Source: Acidothermus cellulolyticus 11B
GTDB lineage: Bacteria; Actinomycetota; Actinomycetes; Acidothermales; Acidothermaceae
DNA length: 32,000 bases
Assembly: GCF_000015025.1 (NCBI RefSeq)
Contig: NC_008578.1
Span: forward strand, 1,560,001 to 1,592,000
Direction: 5' to 3'
Shown: positions 31,296 to 32,000 of the stretch, piece by piece
Position numbering within the stretch: position 1 is the first letter of the stretch
Layout: the number at the start of each line of letters is the position of its first letter
Notes under the pieces: model-generated
Database searches by the model: none
What the model was told of the DNA's origin: nothing
The model's input: the letters and a program-made list of their open reading frames with translations, nothing else
Translations under genes and position numbers: made by a program

Positions 31296-32000
31296 CTACC
31301 GCAGACGAGCGAGCGCCTGCTCGACGTCGGCGAGTAAATCCGCTGCGTCCTCGCAGCCGCAGCTGAACCGGATGAAGCCGGGTGGGACGTCGTCGCCGCC
31401 CCACCGCGCCCGCCGCTCCGCCGTGGAGTGAACGCCGCCGAAACTCGTCGCGACGGTGACGAGGCGCAGCGCGCCGAGAAATGCTTCGGCCTCGGCAGCG
31501 CCGGCGAGCTCGAACGAGACCAGCCCGCCCGGACGACGCATCTGGCGCACGGCGAGCGGGTACGCCGGATCCGACGGCAGCCACGGATAGCGCACCCGTC
31601 GGACGGCGGGGTGCGCGGCGAGCATTGCGGCCAGTTCGCGGGCGTTGTCAGCCTGCCGAGCCAGCCGCAGATCCAGGGTGGCCAAGGATCGATGCGCGAG
31701 CCAGGTCTCGAACGGTCCGGGAATCGCCCCGGTGCTGTTGCGCCAGCCGCGGATCCGCTCGGCGAGCTCGCCGGTGCGGCAAGCAACGTGTCCCAGCACG
31801 ATGTCGCTGTGGCCGGTCATCGCCTTGGTGTCACTCGCAACAGAGAAATCCGCACCAAGCAGAAGTGGCTGCTGGCCGAGTGGAGTGGCTGTCGTATTGT
31901 CGACGGCGAGCAGAGCGCCTTCGTCGCGGCATCGGCGCGCAAGCTCGGCGATATCGCAGACGTCGAGCCCTGGATTGCTCGGTGATTCGATCCACACCAG
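31296..32000 (-). CDS. Cys/Met-metabolism PLP-dependent enzyme (cystathionine gamma-synthase/lyase family), C-terminal part; the N-terminus lies beyond the window
   Basis: Motifs seen: ESPSNPGLDVCDI, the PLP-lysine region SDTKAMTGHSD and a C-terminal FGGVHS...GFIRFSCGCED. The ORF is open to the window edge. Confidence 0.85.
   Translation of the reverse strand: MVWIESPSNPGLDVCDIAELARRCRDEGALLAVDNTTATPLGQQPLLLGADFSVASDTKAMTGHSDIVLGHVACRTGELAERIRGWRNSTGAIPGPFETWLAHRSLATLDLRLARQADNARELAAMLAAHPAVRRVRYPWLPSDPAYPLAVRQMRRPGGLVSFELAGAAEAEAFLGALRLVTVATSFGGVHSTAERRARWGGDDVPPGFIRFSCGCEDAADLLADVEQALARLR

Overview
This is a very GC-rich, densely coding chromosomal segment with clear actinobacterial gene order; GC content was judged by eye, not computed.

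**Left third (1-12141).** It reproduces the Mycobacterium tuberculosis Rv2689c-Rv2701c neighbourhood: TRAM methyltransferase, APC permease, two TrkA/Ceo genes, an OB-fold protein, DUF3710, dut, DUF3093, DUF4193 and SuhB-like IMPase. An S9 peptidase, ferrochelatase and DUF3071/SepH follow.

**Right third (21484-32000).** This is also core-like: rhodanese sulfurtransferase, NPP/alkaline-phosphatase family, DUF5998-like, PAS-GGDEF-EAL, M48 peptidase, topoisomerase IV/GyrA-like subunit A, dienelactone hydrolase, a small conserved protein and a partial Cys/Met PLP enzyme.

**Accessory block (about 12142-21483).** It sits between the two core parts and shows visibly more A/T-ending codons. It holds:
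- a 750-bp ORF-poor spacer ending in a triple direct repeat;
- a signal-less S8 subtilase;
- an ECF sigma factor translationally coupled to a 149-aa partner;
- an 874-aa TPR-CHAT caspase-like protease;
- a small secreted protein whose reading frame is broken at a C7 tract;
- an ABC ATPase with two atypical membrane proteins.

**Main candidate for a novel system.** The protease/sigma cassette looks like a CRISPR-independent analogue of the type III-E Craspase module (TPR-CHAT, Csx30/31, RpoE).

**Other observations.**
- Several intergenic spacers carry local 22-30 bp tandem duplications.
- One of these forms a possible SD-led 40-aa ORF upstream of trkA.
- No tRNA, rRNA, transposase, integrase or CRISPR array was recognised.
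- All family assignments come from motif recognition by eye. No searches were run.
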